Assembly: GCA_030141605.1 (NCBI GenBank)
Contig: JAQGDQ010000570.1
Span: 74,575-138,574, forward strand
Reading direction: 5' to 3'
Source: Tubiluchus corallicola
Taxonomy: Eukaryota; Animalia; Priapulida
Length of the DNA stretch: 64,000 nt
The position numbers and the translations under genes are program-made. The notes beneath the pieces were generated by a model, which worked only from the letters and a program-made list of their open reading frames with translations, ran no database searches and had not been told where the DNA came from. The stretch's first letter is position 1; every line of letters begins with the position of its first letter. Below, in pieces: positions 1-12,529 of this stretch.

Positions 1-189
1 CACTTTGTGGAGTTCTCACAGGGAGTGATATACCTCTTTAGGAAGAAGAGGACTTGGCTACGTGATAGAGCACTTCTTTTTTTATTATCTCCACCAAGAA
101 AAACACATACGAGTTAGTTCCAGGTTCCATTTTGAGGAATTCTGGTTTGGAAAATATACAACCCTGTCTATAACCTTTGTATATACATG

Positions 190-712
190 CAGGGCCTATT
201 TCAGCTTAAGCGAGGCCCGGGGAAGTGGGCGTGTGAGACCCCCTCAGGCGGGGGGGGGGTACGACAAAGCGCCGGGGGGCTAGCGCCACCAAGATTGGCG
301 CCCAAAAAATTGTTGAACTGCTAGAACGTTGGAGAAGCATTTTCGAAGAGAAAATATTGAGTTATACAGTTGTTATAGGAAAGAACAATTGAAAGAAAAA
401 CTGCTTTATTCTCAAGACCAGTCCTTAATACTTGTCAAATAGTCAAATAAAAAACATCTTTGCAATATGTAATACCGTACTCTCACTTCCGTACAAGCCG
501 GTGTTAGTAATTCCGAAATTGAAAACAGCTGAACATCGGCACTAAACCGCACAAGGCAAACGGCGCGCGTGCGGCAAGAGAGAGAGAGTGGGAGAGAGGA
601 GGCAGTATGTTCGCATAAAGCAAAAAAATGTTACCTTGGCGCGAGGCCCCCCCCCCCTGGAGGGTGAGGCCCCGGGGAAGTATCCCCACTTACCCCCCTG
701 AAATAGGGCCTG
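190..712. mobile_element. hAT-type MITE, family A copy 1
   Basis: 15-bp TIRs cagggcctatttcag / ctgaaatagggcctg (1 mismatch); perfect 8-bp TSD tatacatg at 182-189 and 713-720; homologous copy at 16987-17376. Confidence 0.9.
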
Positions 713-1580
713 TATACATGTATGTATCCTTACAAACTGAGTTAGTACGTAATTAAACGTATTAGCCATTTTAACGGTAAATCGTAGAATTAACAAGTTT
801 AGATGACGTTCTGCGAAGTTTAAGAACTAATCAGAGCATTCGTAGCACACTCGTCACCAAATTTTAAATTACTTTATCGTCAATAAGATTAATAATGCGT
901 TTGTGGTGAGTCAGAGGTGCCTGTGAGTCCGTACCATTTTATACAGTAATGCAAAGTAATATAACCGCATGGAAAGTTGCTTGGGGCGTCATTTAAAATA
1001 GCCTTTCTTTCACTCTAATGCAATGGTACTTATATCCTTTGCCGCGACTATGCTATGAAATATAATAACATGTATATATATATATATATATATATAAGTT
1101 GGCTGTCTATGTATATATATATATATTATGTATACTTTTGTTATCACTGGCAGGCTCCAAGCAAAATGCTGAATGGTTTTAGTTACCAATATCGGCGCAA
1201 CAGCTATGAATTAAATGCAAGGTAACAGTCGAATATAGCGTTTTGGATCAGGGCGTATTTTAGCATAAAATTCGATGGACCTGTAACCCCACTTATATCT
1301 CCTGCAGGCCATCCCCATTACCCTCCCCCCATCATTTTTGGAAAACTTCTGCAGTTGGTCATATCACGTGCTGCGTGATATGTATTCACTCGAACGTTAA
1401 AGGTATCGTAAGAATTCGCGTAACGCAATGTGGATCACGCATAACGCGCACATGGAGTCGCAGCTAATGTCTTTCAAACAGAAAGTTTTTAGGGATGTAC
1501 TTCAAGATCCTCGTTAAGCCTGTATTGTAGAAGAAGTGATGATTTTTTTTCTAGTTGACGGAAAGTTTTGTTATTTACAG

Positions 1581-1799
1581 GTGTCAAATTACGTGTCTTC
1601 GGGCGACATGCATCAGGCGTCAAGAGCGTCACGTTTGGCCAAAAACCTCTCAGTGGCTTCAATGCTTCTTGGCCTGCTGGAAGTAATAGCCATTGTCTTG
1701 TGCGTGTATTTCACTGTGGTCAATGCTACGAAGACGGCCATGGAGACGCTGAAGGAGGTCATCGACTCCATGGAAGAGACGCTTGATGATGTGTGGTAG
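1581..1799 (+). CDS. Terminal exon of a CD225/dispanin (IFITM/PRRT-like) membrane protein; upstream exons not found in window
   Basis: Acceptor ttatttacAG|GTG, phase 0. Encodes VSNYVSSGDMHQASRASRLAKNLSVASMLLGLLEVIAIVLCVYF, matching the CD225 GD-x3-A-x3-S-x2-AK motif followed by a TM helix. TAG stop at 1797-1799; AATAAA at 2130-2135. Confidence 0.8.
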   Translation: MSNYVSSGDMHQASRASRLAKNLSVASMLLGLLEVIAIVLCVYFTVVNATKTAMETLKEVIDSMEETLDDVW

Positions 1800-3497
1800 C
1801 AGCCAGCTGTATGTTTGAAAGAATTGCTAACAAAATTCCTTAATTTTAACTAACTGCGACTTTGCTCATAATTATGTTAATTCAGTTAATTAAAGAAAGT
1901 GTTAAATTTTCAGATAATTATGTATTGTAGCTCGACCATAAACTTTACCTAATAATTATTGTTGTCTTTCAAGCACTCTGTAGTCTGTACACTTAGTTTT
2001 TTTGCTGTGCCACATAATATAAGTTGTTTAAACGCAGTTCAAACTTGGTAAAGAGTTCGTGGACGCGTCAGTAGGGTCCGTGAATTATTAGTATCAAGAT
2101 GAAATATCAGTTGTTAACAAATATACTACAATAAAGAAAAACCTTTCTATAACCTATTTATTAAAACGTAGCGTTTGAACTGTTGATCTCTAACGGTCAT
2201 AGTTGTCTGACCATAGGTGGCAGCAGCGAGGCACCATCACGAAACTTTCCACGTAGTTACGGCGCAGCTGTGAGTGGCGAGGGTTTTCTTGCCAAGTCAC
2301 TCGTACGCGCGTTCAACTGGAGAGCAAAACCAGGCAGTATTACCCAGCTATGAGTTCTGCTGTTTTGCAAGGCACGATTATCTTTTACTAATTCTCGAAA
2401 CGTGGTTTTACCGTCAGTGTTCTCAAGTTTATTTTAAATTATCGAGAAATTCCTTATTGCCTGAGGACGTACAATTACTGAGTGAAAACCGAAATACACT
2501 GTACTGTTTTATCAAAAAAATTCAATTATGGCCTATTTGTACCAATATCAATTACATAGGCTTACGTATCGCACATACAAATACAAAATTATGTGAATCA
2601 TTGTCACACACGTTAGAGGGCGTTACTGTTATCATGCTTTAGTCATTTATCCGCCAGATGGGACCACCAGGCGTGATACGGTTAACTAGTAATGTGTTGT
2701 AGTAATGTTTCATTCAAAATTAGTTGCGATTTGTCAGTTCAAAATTTATGACATCTTTGGGGTTTTAAAGAATAAATTACTAATTTTATCTTCTGTTGGT
2801 GCTATAATTTTAGTAATTTTTGGCGGTTTAGGTAAAAGCGAGTAAGATTACTTTTGTAGTTTTATCATGGACTCGAGACAGGTAGAATTATATATAGTAA
2901 AGCTACTTATTTCATTACAGACACATTATACGATATAGATACGCTTATGCAATTATAATTACTACAATCTTTTGCACCATCCCCTGCTTAATTTTGTAAT
3001 GCGAATGTGGCACCATCTGGTGGTAAAAAATATAGTAACCCACATTTAGCTTCATTATTACAGTTTCGTAAATTACATGTATTTTCACTGCCACAACCTT
3101 TGAGCAGTAGCATAAAAATAACTCATATGACATTACTTATTATTTTTATCAGTTATTTCGTTGTTGCAAAACGTTAACCTAGTTTAGGTAAAGTATAATA
3201 AATGTACTTTGGCATTGTGACACTCTGTACTTTTGCATTTGTGTTAACTAATGAGTGCTAACTGTAACCATCAAATGCCTATTACATCTGTAGTAGCCAT
3301 TGGGCAGGCAAAATTCTGAAATAAATGACATCTGTAATTGAGACAGGTAAACTAAGCAGTAATCCAACAAAAAACTAGACACTGTTATGCCGCTGACTTG
3401 TCAGTAGCACTGCCTGACGCTTCATTTGACAAGCAGATAGTCTAAAGCGCCACGTAAGCAGTGTTATTGGCAAAGATTAAAATAAGTAAAGAGAACC

Positions 3498-3880
3498 TGT
3501 TAAATTATGCTAAGAGCAGTAGATTATGATAAATAATTATGTTGATAGATGCTGGTATGAGGAAGCCAGTTAAGGAGTGGTACCACGTGATTACGTGATC
3601 TAGGAATTAAGGCATCGGGCACCGTGCACTATATATAAGGCGTGCGGGGCCTCCAGCTCAAGAAATTAGTCTCAGATTAAGACTGGGAACCGGAGCGTAC
3701 AGACCGTTAGATCAGGGGCTTTTGGCGTTGCTATTTATTATATTTATTGTGTTGATATTTAATAAACGTGTCATTTTATAATCAGACTCTTCATAGCGTT
3801 GCCATTACTCAAGCATCAATAAGCAGCTACATACAACCAATAAAACGCACTACCCACTATACAACGAAATTAATTTTACT
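3498..3880 (+). mobile_element. LTR-like relic, copy 1
   Basis: Begins TGT after a purine-rich PPT-like agtaaagagaacc; contains TATATAAG and AATAAA; clearly similar to 52859-53218. 3' boundary uncertain. Confidence 0.6.
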
Positions 3881-4018
3881 AAATATATTGCAGTAACTGC
3901 TAAAAAGACGAGCCGGAGTGCTGTTAGAATACTGCACTTCATTTAAATATTTTTACATCTTTTTGAAACGTACGTATCATTTGGTCAGTTTTTCTCAAAA
4001 TCGTGTTGTACCGATTTA

Positions 4019-4022
4019 NNNN
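4019..4022. other. Ambiguous bases / small assembly gap (nnnn)
   Basis: Four N characters inside a duplicated LINE fragment. Confidence 0.95.
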
Positions 4023-4078
4023 GAACTCATTGCCTGCATATGTTGATTGTGCATCTCTCGTAATAGCGGAATGATAGT

Positions 4079-5320
4079 GGAGAGTGAAGGAGATGGGAAT
4101 TAGTAGGATTAGATTAGTGAAATGACGTGGATGAGAATGAATATGAGATTGTTATTAGGACATCGCAAAAATATAATAAAAAAATACACAAGACTTATTG
4201 TAGAGTATTGCTCGCCAGTCTGGAATCCTGCTTTATTGGGTAATGTTGACCGTATAGAAAGTGTACAGCGATACTTTACTCGACGCCTGTTTTATATATG
4301 TAATTTAATGTATATGCTATATCCTAAGCGTCTGGAGAGTCTACATCTAAAGTCTTTAGAGGAGAAACGCGTCGAAAAAGACTTAGTTTTATGCTACCAA
4401 ATTATTCATAGAGAAGTTGATGTCGACTTTGACAAATTTTTTTACCCGAATAGAACAAGGCAAAATCATTCTCTGAAGCTCTGTGCGTCGAACAGCTAAA
4501 GTATCATTTGGTAAATTTTTCTCAAATCGTGTTGAACCGATCTGGAACTCATTTCCTGTATATGTTGATGGTGCACCCGTCGTAACTGCACAAAATATTA
4601 AGTTATTTAAAAGCCGCTTACATAAAGTTTAACTTGCATAAATTCCTTGTACACAATAGACACATGTAAGCAGTTCATCTCTTTGTGTCTTTACCACACT
4701 CATGTAAACATCTCATTTGCATGTTTTTTGCTAAAGTGTTTTATATTATATTGTTTTTATTGTACATATATATTATTATTATTATTATATATTATTCTCT
4801 ACGAATAATTTGGTAGCATAAAGCTAATTCTTTTTGAATGCGTTTCTCCTCTAAAGACCTTAGATGTAGAATCTCCAGACGCTTAGGATATGGCATATAT
4901 ATTACAGAAACATTTTGGGTATTAGATGGCGAAAGAAAATTTCAAACAAAGATCTATATGAAAAAATAAAAGAAGAACCTTGGACAAGAAAAATAAAAAG
5001 ACGTCGTCTAAGATGGATTGGGCATATGCTTAGACTACCTGATGATATTCCAGTGAAGATAGCTCTTCAATAAGCCATAAAACCAGCTAAAAAACTTGCA
5101 GGAGGACAAATGTTAACATATTTAGATTTTGCACAGAAACATTTAAACACTTCAGCATTGATCCTTAGAAATAAATGTACTTGGGGCATTGCGGCGAGCA
5201 GGGAGTCCTGGCATAGGGAGGTGAGCAGAATCATTTCACTGGACGTGTGATTCATTGGATGATGATGATGATGTTTTTATTGTAGACTGTATTGGGTGTG
5301 AATAAAATGAAGTAAATAAA
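4079..5320 (+). mobile_element. CR1/L2-group LINE 3' fragment, interrupted by an RTE insertion
   Basis: Encodes EYCSPVWNP..IESVQRYFTRR..LEEKR..DL..YQII, the post-RT region of CR1-type ORF2; near-identical copy at 57261-57992; tail resumes at 5272 after the insertion. Confidence 0.85.
4765..5271 (+). mobile_element. 5'-truncated RTE-type LINE with (GAT)n tail and 13-bp TSD
   Basis: About 4906-5271 encodes ILGIRW..ISNKDLY..IKRRRLRWIGHMLRLPDDIPVKIAL; ends in gatgatgatg; flanked by tgtttttattgta at 4752-4764 and 5272-5284. Confidence 0.8.
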
Positions 5321-5559
5321 AGTACGAAATTAATGTAAATCCGCTTAGCTTAATTTGCAGATTAGAGCTGTTAAAACACCTTAGAAAATAAAGACAAGCG
5401 GATTTATGTCGTGTGTGTACGTACTATGCTAAGGCATTAAATAATATTGAAAACTCGGCTTTCCTTTTCTTGAAAACCACCAAACACAAGAATGTTCACT
5501 ACTGAATAAGACAAAGATGTGAAATAGTTTTGACAGCTACTTTTTCAAATGCTTATTAA

Positions 5560-5892
5560 CCCTTTCATACCCGTTGTATCCCGTGGGATACGAGAACATT
5601 TTCTGCCTTTAAAATTAATAAAATTCTAAAACTGGCAATTATTTGATCTGTTAATAATTATTTTGATTTAAGCCAATAACAATAAACTAAAAATGGTGAT
5701 AAAATGGCAAACTAGAAAATCTACATAGCATAAAAAACTGCTCAAGGTACAGTACTTTAGAGACGACTTTGTACAGATCAGCATAGCATGCATACTAAAT
5801 GTCTTAAATACTTTAAAAAATTATCAGCTGTTGCAAAATGAAGCACATTTTTTGCTTTTGTTGTGTTTTTGAAAAAGTCTGGACTGAAAGGG
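5560..5892. mobile_element. piggyBac-type MITE, short form
   Basis: TTAA|CCCTTTCA ... TGAAAGGG|TTAA; homologous to 47687-48164 and 54472-54805. Confidence 0.9.
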
Positions 5893-6154
5893 TTAAGTTG
5901 CGAAGAATATGTTTGACAATTGCAACGAAAAATACATATCGAAAATTGTCAGACGACAAATATTTATTTAAATTATTCACAAAACAACACCTTAAACACT
6001 GCATGGCTTGAAAGTGCATCAAACAAAAATCTGTTTTTACAAACTACAAGTCAAAAAACTTCCTTTCCATGAACTACAGTGTTTATGAATAATGATGACC
6101 CTGCTGCACGAATTATTTATACGTTCACCTTTTACTCATAAAGAATGGCTTTAA

Positions 6155-6678
6155 AGGAAAAGTCAAGCTTTCTGGGAAGTTGGGCGTATTTCAATATTTG
6201 CGGAAAATTTTAGCATTTAGTAACAAAAGTGTGATAATTAGTAAAATCACTTTAATGTTGCAGGCATTTTCAGCTTGGACGTTGCAATTTTAAACCCCCC
6301 TTTTTCCATCAATGACATCATTCATCGGCTAACGAAAAGTAGCGCACCCTCGATTTCCATCAAAAGTATAATACCTTTTTTACAAAAAATTATGTAGCTA
6401 GTTTTGATATTATTGTATGAACATTATGTAAGCTGGAGAAGTTCAAATTAGCTTAAGCAGTGCGTGTTTAAGCATGCGCTTATAAAAACGTCACAAAATC
6501 CACCAGTTACGTCATAATTTTCAAGTGAACGGTAGCTACCACTGTGCCATTATAAATGAACTTTATGCTTTAGAGGCAGAAAAAGATGACAAAGAAATTT
6601 GCAAAAAGCCAGTCTAAACTCCAAGAGAGTTTAAGTAAAACAAACAAACCCAGCATGAAAAGTAACTTGTCTTTTCCT
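6155..6678. mobile_element. Kolobok-like MITE (TTAA target, AGG termini)
   Basis: TTAA|aggaaaagtcaag ... cttgtcttttcct|TTAA. Confidence 0.7.
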
Positions 6679-6708
6679 TTAACTTTTTCAAATGAGCCAT
6701 TTAAAATA

Positions 6709-7207
6709 CAGTCAACCTCGGGTACAAGGTACTCGTTTATAAGGGACATTCGCTTATAACGGACCACCAACACCGGTCCCGATTTTTCGTAACGTTTTTT
6801 GTTATAAAAATCTTCGTATATAAGGTACTCGGATGTAAACGACTTTCGGTTCTAAGGGACGATATCTTCAGGTCCCGCGTAACAAAAACCCAGGGAAATT
6901 ACCTCGCATATAAGGGACCCTATGATCAAAGCGAAAATGATCGATTTTTAACTTCAATTTTTCGCAAACTCGGTCTTCGAACAGCTCGGTTTCCGCAGTC
7001 ACATACATCTCGCATCACTGAAGGAGCTTCCTACATACCGTTTGCACTGAATGTGTAGCAATAATCCATAAAAATATGGGTAAAAGTACAGAAAAGTACA
7101 GGTCTAGATACACCCTCGGTCTGACTCAACATCGGCTATAAGGGACATCGGATATAAGGGACGATTTTTTCCGGTCCGGAGGTGTCCGTTATATCCGAGG
7201 TTGACTG
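6709..7207. mobile_element. Tc1/mariner (pogo/Tigger-like) MITE
   Basis: TA|cagtcaacctcgg ... ccgaggttgactg|TA; subterminal ataagggac repeats. Confidence 0.85.
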
Positions 7208-7757
7208 TAAATCGAACCAGAAATTGGAAAAAATTGCATGAATCGCTTTACAAGTCATACGGTTACTTAAATTTAACAAATTAAACACATACAATACCCA
7301 GTTTAAGTCTCGTCTCGATAGACATTGGAAATGCAATCTTGAAAACTATATAGACCCCAGGTTGCCACAATGCAACAAGAAACCTTGTGCTACGCTTCAT
7401 GATCGCAGTGTGGCCACCTATTTTGTTCATTTTTTATATTAATAAAGTAAACAAGGAAGAGTGGAGAGGTCCATAAGCTATTTATGCTTAACCTCTATCC
7501 TTCGACGGTAACGGTAACGGAAAAAATGATTCAGCAAAACTAACGGCTACATTTTGGCAACGGCAACAAGGTCTTGTGCGCTAAGTGATCTGATTGAATA
7601 ACGGCAAAAGAACATTTTGATCGTATAACGCTCACGCGGGTTTTCAATTGGGAATGCTGTAAAAACATCACAGTAACATATACAATACACATAGCCTGAA
7701 AAGCTGCAATAAAAAAACGAAATTGAAGTAAACTCCCGCTGCTGTTGTGGTTTTTAA

Positions 7758-8375
7758 AGGAAGACAGGATGATTTTTCATATACTACCCCCTTTTCAAGT
7801 CCGATAAAGAGTATATGTTTTAGCACTATTAATACTGCAAAAGCGTTTCTGATAATAAAATAACAGATTAAAAATTTTATTAACGGCGGGCAAGCCCAAC
7901 TATTCATGACATCACAAACTAACATAACTTTCAACAGCAAAAATATTCTACGAGCGTGTTCCACGTGTTTGCGAAAGCGAAAATTGAAGTACAGTGCTAC
8001 TGTAAGATATTCTGTGTGTTGTACTAAAACTACACAAGTTTTAAGATAGAAATTCAAATTTCAAATTTATCGCTGTGCTCACGCACGAGCTGTTGAACGT
8101 GTGTACTGTGTCAGAAACTAACACATCTGAACTGACAGGTACATCACTTGTTTTTGTGTAATACGTTTCTGAGATCCAGGTGCTAGTGCCCATCTAATTA
8201 GCGAATGGCAAAATGCATGTAACAGCGAAGAACTAGTGACGCGAACGTGAAATTGCGCTTGTGTGGTAACAATTCTTTCACGTAAGTCATTTTTGAAAAA
8301 ACGGTATGTTTCCTTTCAATATTTTAAAGAATTGATTCTTTTGACCTACATTTTAACATTAGGTCCAGTTTTGCT
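7758..8375. mobile_element. Degenerate Kolobok-like MITE
   Basis: TTAA|aggaagacaggatga ... gtccagttttgct|TTAA; ends resemble those of the 34182 and 35881 elements. Confidence 0.5.
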
Positions 8376-9261
8376 TTAAGTAAACTTTTAGCCCAGGATG
8401 TTATAGATTATACAAAAGCATAATAATTTTAATCCAACACTTAATGTTAAATTAATATTAGTGAAGATAAAACCAAACAAAATTGTCTAACAAATTTCAT
8501 TTAGTTTTAAAATGTCATCAATGAATTCACACTGAATAGTCACATGATTTTCTTTTATAACCTAGCATTCAGCGCGCTCTTTGCAAATAATAATGCCTAG
8601 ACACTTAAAAAACTTCTACAGATTAATAATGGGCAAACTGAATTCTTAAGAGGAAAATAAATGCTAGCACCCAATTAAGCAAAGACACGACTATTTATTC
8701 CAGTGGTTCCTAACCTGGGGTACAAAACAGCAAAACCAGAGTATTGTTTTTTGACTGTACAGCGTACACGCACAGAGTGCGGATTTTATAGGAGTAACTG
8801 CCCCGTGGCACAAAAGGTGTGAGGAGAATGTGCTACAAGATTCAAATCCTTAAATATCATGACTGTTTGTATTTTAAAAAGTCATTGTTTTTGAAACAAA
8901 AAGTATTTTTTGGGTAATTCACTGCACACTGCCTGGTATTACAACTGGGTAAATTTATTAAGTAAAATAGACTTTTGGCACAGCCAATGCATCGGCGGAT
9001 GGAGGTAGGCGAGGTTGCATCAATGAGGCGGCCATTAAGGCTACTTCACAATTCGACTGCAAGTTCGTTTTCTGATTTGACATCTGATCGCCCCTCCTCT
9101 TGGACTTTGTTCTTGAATTTGGTTGTTTTGTTTATCGGTTTTGCTTGTATAACTAAATCACGCTTGTATAGTTAAATCACGGTAGTAAAAATGTCTTCTT
9201 GAAACTCACATTGCTAAAAAATGTTAAGGGGTACGTGGCAGATTGCTGAATTTCGAAAGGG

Positions 9262-9312
9262 TAGCCCAACTCAGTGCCGGTCCCAAGCCTGGATAAATAG
9301 GGAGGGTTAGGG
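9262..9312 (+). ncRNA. Twister ribozyme core (P1 type), 5'-truncated
   Basis: tgccggtcccaagcctggataaatagggaggg closely matches the recalled twister core UGCCGGUCCCAAGCCCGGAUAAA..GAGGG. P4, T1 and T2 partners are present; the 5' strand of P1 and half of P2 are absent. Confidence 0.75.
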
Positions 9313-9714
9313 TCAGGAAGGGCATCCGCCTGTAAAAACTGCGCCAAAACATTCTATGAATGAGTCCGTGAGTGCAAAGAAGTGGTCTGACCCGCTCTAA
9401 CCTATGGGCTGGAAGCGGCTTCTCTAAAGAAGACCGAAGAGAAGAAAATGGGTGTGGTGGAGATGAGGATGTTGAGATGGATGGTGGGAATAACAAGAAG
9501 AGATAAAATTAGAAATAACAATATCAGAGGAACAGTAAAAGTAGTGGAAGCCTCGCAAGATTGCGATAGTATGGACACCTGAAAAGAAGAGTCGGCGAAG
9601 ATCATGTGGGAAGGGAAGACATAAATGAAGAGATGGTCAACAACAGGAATGCGTGGAGAAGACTCATTCAAAATGGCGACCACGAATAGGGAAAAGCTGG
9701 GAAGAAGAAGAAGA
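9264..9714 (+). mobile_element. Internally deleted RTE (Rex3/Expander-like) element
   Basis: RTE-type 5' UTR (gtcaggaagggcatccg) fused to the ORF C-terminus KKTEEKKMGVVEMRMLRWMVGITRRDKIRN; (GAA)n tail. Confidence 0.8.
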
Positions 9715-10777
9715 CTTGGCTAGTAAAAGATTAGGTACCACTGATTTATTCCAACAGCATCATTTACAATGTCTCAACCATAACATGGTCACGATCATGC
9801 AATTCTACCTAATAAAAATATAATGTACAAAAATTAATATCGAGGTCACAAAATCCACGTTGAGAAAAACAAATAAAACAATTTTAAATAGCAAACTTAC
9901 AAAATCATGTAGCACATTGCGAAATGACAGAAAAAATAAACTTTTGTTACTCCAACTTAATTCAATTGCTGACTAATGCCTGTTCGTGGCAATAAGAGAA
10001 ACCTTTGCATCAAACATGAACAACAACACTGTAAACAGGCATTAGTACTAACAGTTCTTTGGCAATGTACTAACGAAGTTAACTACTTAGAAATCGTTTT
10101 ATTTGCTTTTCGCACTGTGGATTTTCGGTATGAATTTTCATAAATTTACACATTTTTGTATATATATATTCTACAGTAGAGTTGAGTAATCATGTCCAAA
10201 TTGTTGAGGTATTCCAACTGACTGTTTTGAAATGAACAGCCAGTCATGTATTTACTTAAGTGGATGCTAGCAGTTATTTTAAACTGCAGCTAAAGTAGTT
10301 ATAACTGCAGCACACATTTTTTGATCATATAACACCCCACTATAGACATTTCTGTGAATCAGATTCGCACATTTTACTAAAAATAATTGAAAACGCAAGA
10401 GTTACAGTTCGCAATCATTCTACCTTGGTCCCGAATGTGCGGTCAAAATTCGCAAACGTTGTAACAAAATAGTGTCAATTTAACCGACTACTGTTATCGA
10501 CAAACTGCAGAAATTATATCACAGATCATGAGAGAGTGCACACTGGTCAAGATTACTACATGATTTCATGATAAGTTTTCTGTTGTCTGCAACATTGTGA
10601 GTTTGTTTTGGTGGTAAAACTCATACATTTAAAACTATATCAAGTGGTTCATTAGGCAGTGTTTTGCATAACCCTGATTTTGCATAATGTAACTAATCAT
10701 AATTAACCAGAAATTCACCATGATTTGTGCATTTTCTCAAATATGTTGGAAGGTGAAAGTAAAAATGGCGGCACCTT

Positions 10778-11551
10778 CTATGCAGCTGGATTCTTTTTCA
10801 TGAGTTCTATATCGGACGACACCATATCTTTTACTAGCTCTTTAAATGTAGTACTAGCGTGCCACCCGAGCTTCGCTTTAGCCAGCGACGCATCGCCCTG
10901 CAAAAAATCCACCTCTGTGGGACGGTAAAACTTTGCATTAACCTTGACACGTACTTCACCGGTCTGCTTGTCGAGGCCCACCTCATCCAGCCCCTTGCCC
11001 TCCCACACAATTTCAACACCTATCATATTGAACGCTTCGACGACAAACTCTCTCACACTGTGCACTTCACCAGTTGCTATCACAAAATCGTGAGGCTCGT
11101 CGTGTTGTAACATTAGCCACATCGCCTTCACATAATCGTACGCATGGCCCCAATCACGCTGCGAGTCTAGATTACCGAGTTCCACGTTCTCCTGTTGTCC
11201 CAGATGAATTTTGGCCACTGCTCGGGTGATCTTCCTAGTAACGAACGTCTCGCCTCTTCGTGGGCTCTCGTGGTTGAACAAAATTCCGTTACAAGCGTAC
11301 ATGTTGTATGCTTCTCTAAAGTTGACCACAATCCAATAGGCGTACAACTTAGCTACGGCGTATGGTGACCTCGGATAAAATGGTGTCGTCTCCTTCTGAG
11401 GTATTTCCTGGACTTTACCATACAGTTCACTAGTAGATGCCTGATAAAATCTGACAGTTTTCTCTAGACCACAAGTACGTATCGCATCTAGCAGCCTTAG
11501 CGTACCAACAGCATCTACATTAGCAGTATATTCCGTCAGTTCAAACGATAC
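10778..11551 (-). CDS. GMDS: GDP-mannose 4,6-dehydratase, exon 3 (terminal, 774 bp)
   Basis: Acceptor gttacatAG|GTATCG, phase 0. [41 protein letters not shown] (catalytic YxxxK)..[20 protein letters not shown]; TAG stop. Join 14570-14437, 13629-13449, 11551-10778 = 1089 nt = 362 aa. Confidence 0.96.
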   Translation of the reverse strand, partial: VSFELTEYTANVDAVGTLRLLDAIRTCGLEKTVRFYQASTSELYGKVQEIPQKETTPFYPRSPYAVAKLYAYWIVVNFREAYNMYACNGILFNHESPRRGETFVTRKITRAVAKIHLGQQENVELGNLDSQRDWGHAYDYVKAMWLMLQHDEPHDFVIATGEVHSVREFVVEAFNMIGVEIVWEGKGLDEVGLDKQTGEVRVKVNAKFYRPTEVDFLQGDASLAKAKLGWHASTTFKELVKDMVSSDIELMKKNPAA

Positions 11552-11954
11552 CTATGTAACATTAACAGAAAAAACATTGTCCGTGTTATAATGAACTCAT
11601 TAAAAATTCTTCTAAAACCATATTTGCCAGAAAAGTTTACACAAGTATGGTAATTTTAAGATACTTTTGCTTTCAATTCTTTTCTTCATGACTAAACATA
11701 CATGTTTATCCACTTTTGCAAGCTACAAGCGAAAAATTTAAATTCCTCATAATATTAATTTTAAATACGTAAAGTTAAATTATTATTTAAAGATAGTCAC
11801 GTGTGTCTCTTCTTTCCCATTATTGAACATTATTGAACATAAACCAACACATTTGTATAATAATTCAATTTTCATTCGTCTTAAATGCAACATCTGATAA
11901 TTTTTAATTACCTGGTACATGCGCATTAATAAATTAAATATATTAGTAATGATT

Positions 11955-12130
11955 CTGAGAGGGTGGCTGACCTCGATAACTTATAGTTCTTTCGCCACCC
12001 TTTCACCACTAATCAATAATTACTTTTGCACTTTGTAATATTATTGCATGTTGTACAGATTTATAAATCTCTTAGTTATGTATTTTGCTATTTTAAAAAT
12101 GCTGATAAACTAATAAACTTACTTACTTAG
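11955..12130 (+). mobile_element. L2-group LINE 3' tail in GMDS intron 2
   Basis: ttcgccaccctttcacca, AATAAA and (ACTT)n end, shared with the reverse-strand LINE at 59857-60890. Confidence 0.6.
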
Positions 12131-12529
12131 TAATTAAACAAACAGACCTACAATAAAATAAGAAACTGTACACATTTTTGGAGTGCTCATGTACATATTC
12201 GAGCCTGAGACAGAATGTCACTGTTACCTTGCTTTCTTCCTTACATTATAACCATTTCCTCCCTTTTATCTCCAAAACAGGTTTGGAGTCAAGCACTATA
12301 ATTTGTACTTGGATCAAGAACTTTTGAACACTATCAAGTACGAGTACAAATACTCTTAAAATTTGTCAAGTACAAGCACAAGTACTTTTTTCTTAAATAA
12401 ACGACTTTTGTATGAAACGTAATATTTATTACTAATTCATGATTATACTTTTACATGTCATAACATTTGTTTGTCATCACGCTTAACGCACATTATTCTT
12501 TCAAAATGTGCCTTGCAACCATGTCGCTT

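Larger units (their letters stand above)
8701..9743. mobile_element. hAT (Charlie-like) non-autonomous element hosting an RTE-derived insert
   Basis: cagtggttcctaa ... ttaggtaccactg; perfect 8-bp TSD atttattc at 8693-8700 and 9744-9751. Confidence 0.85.
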
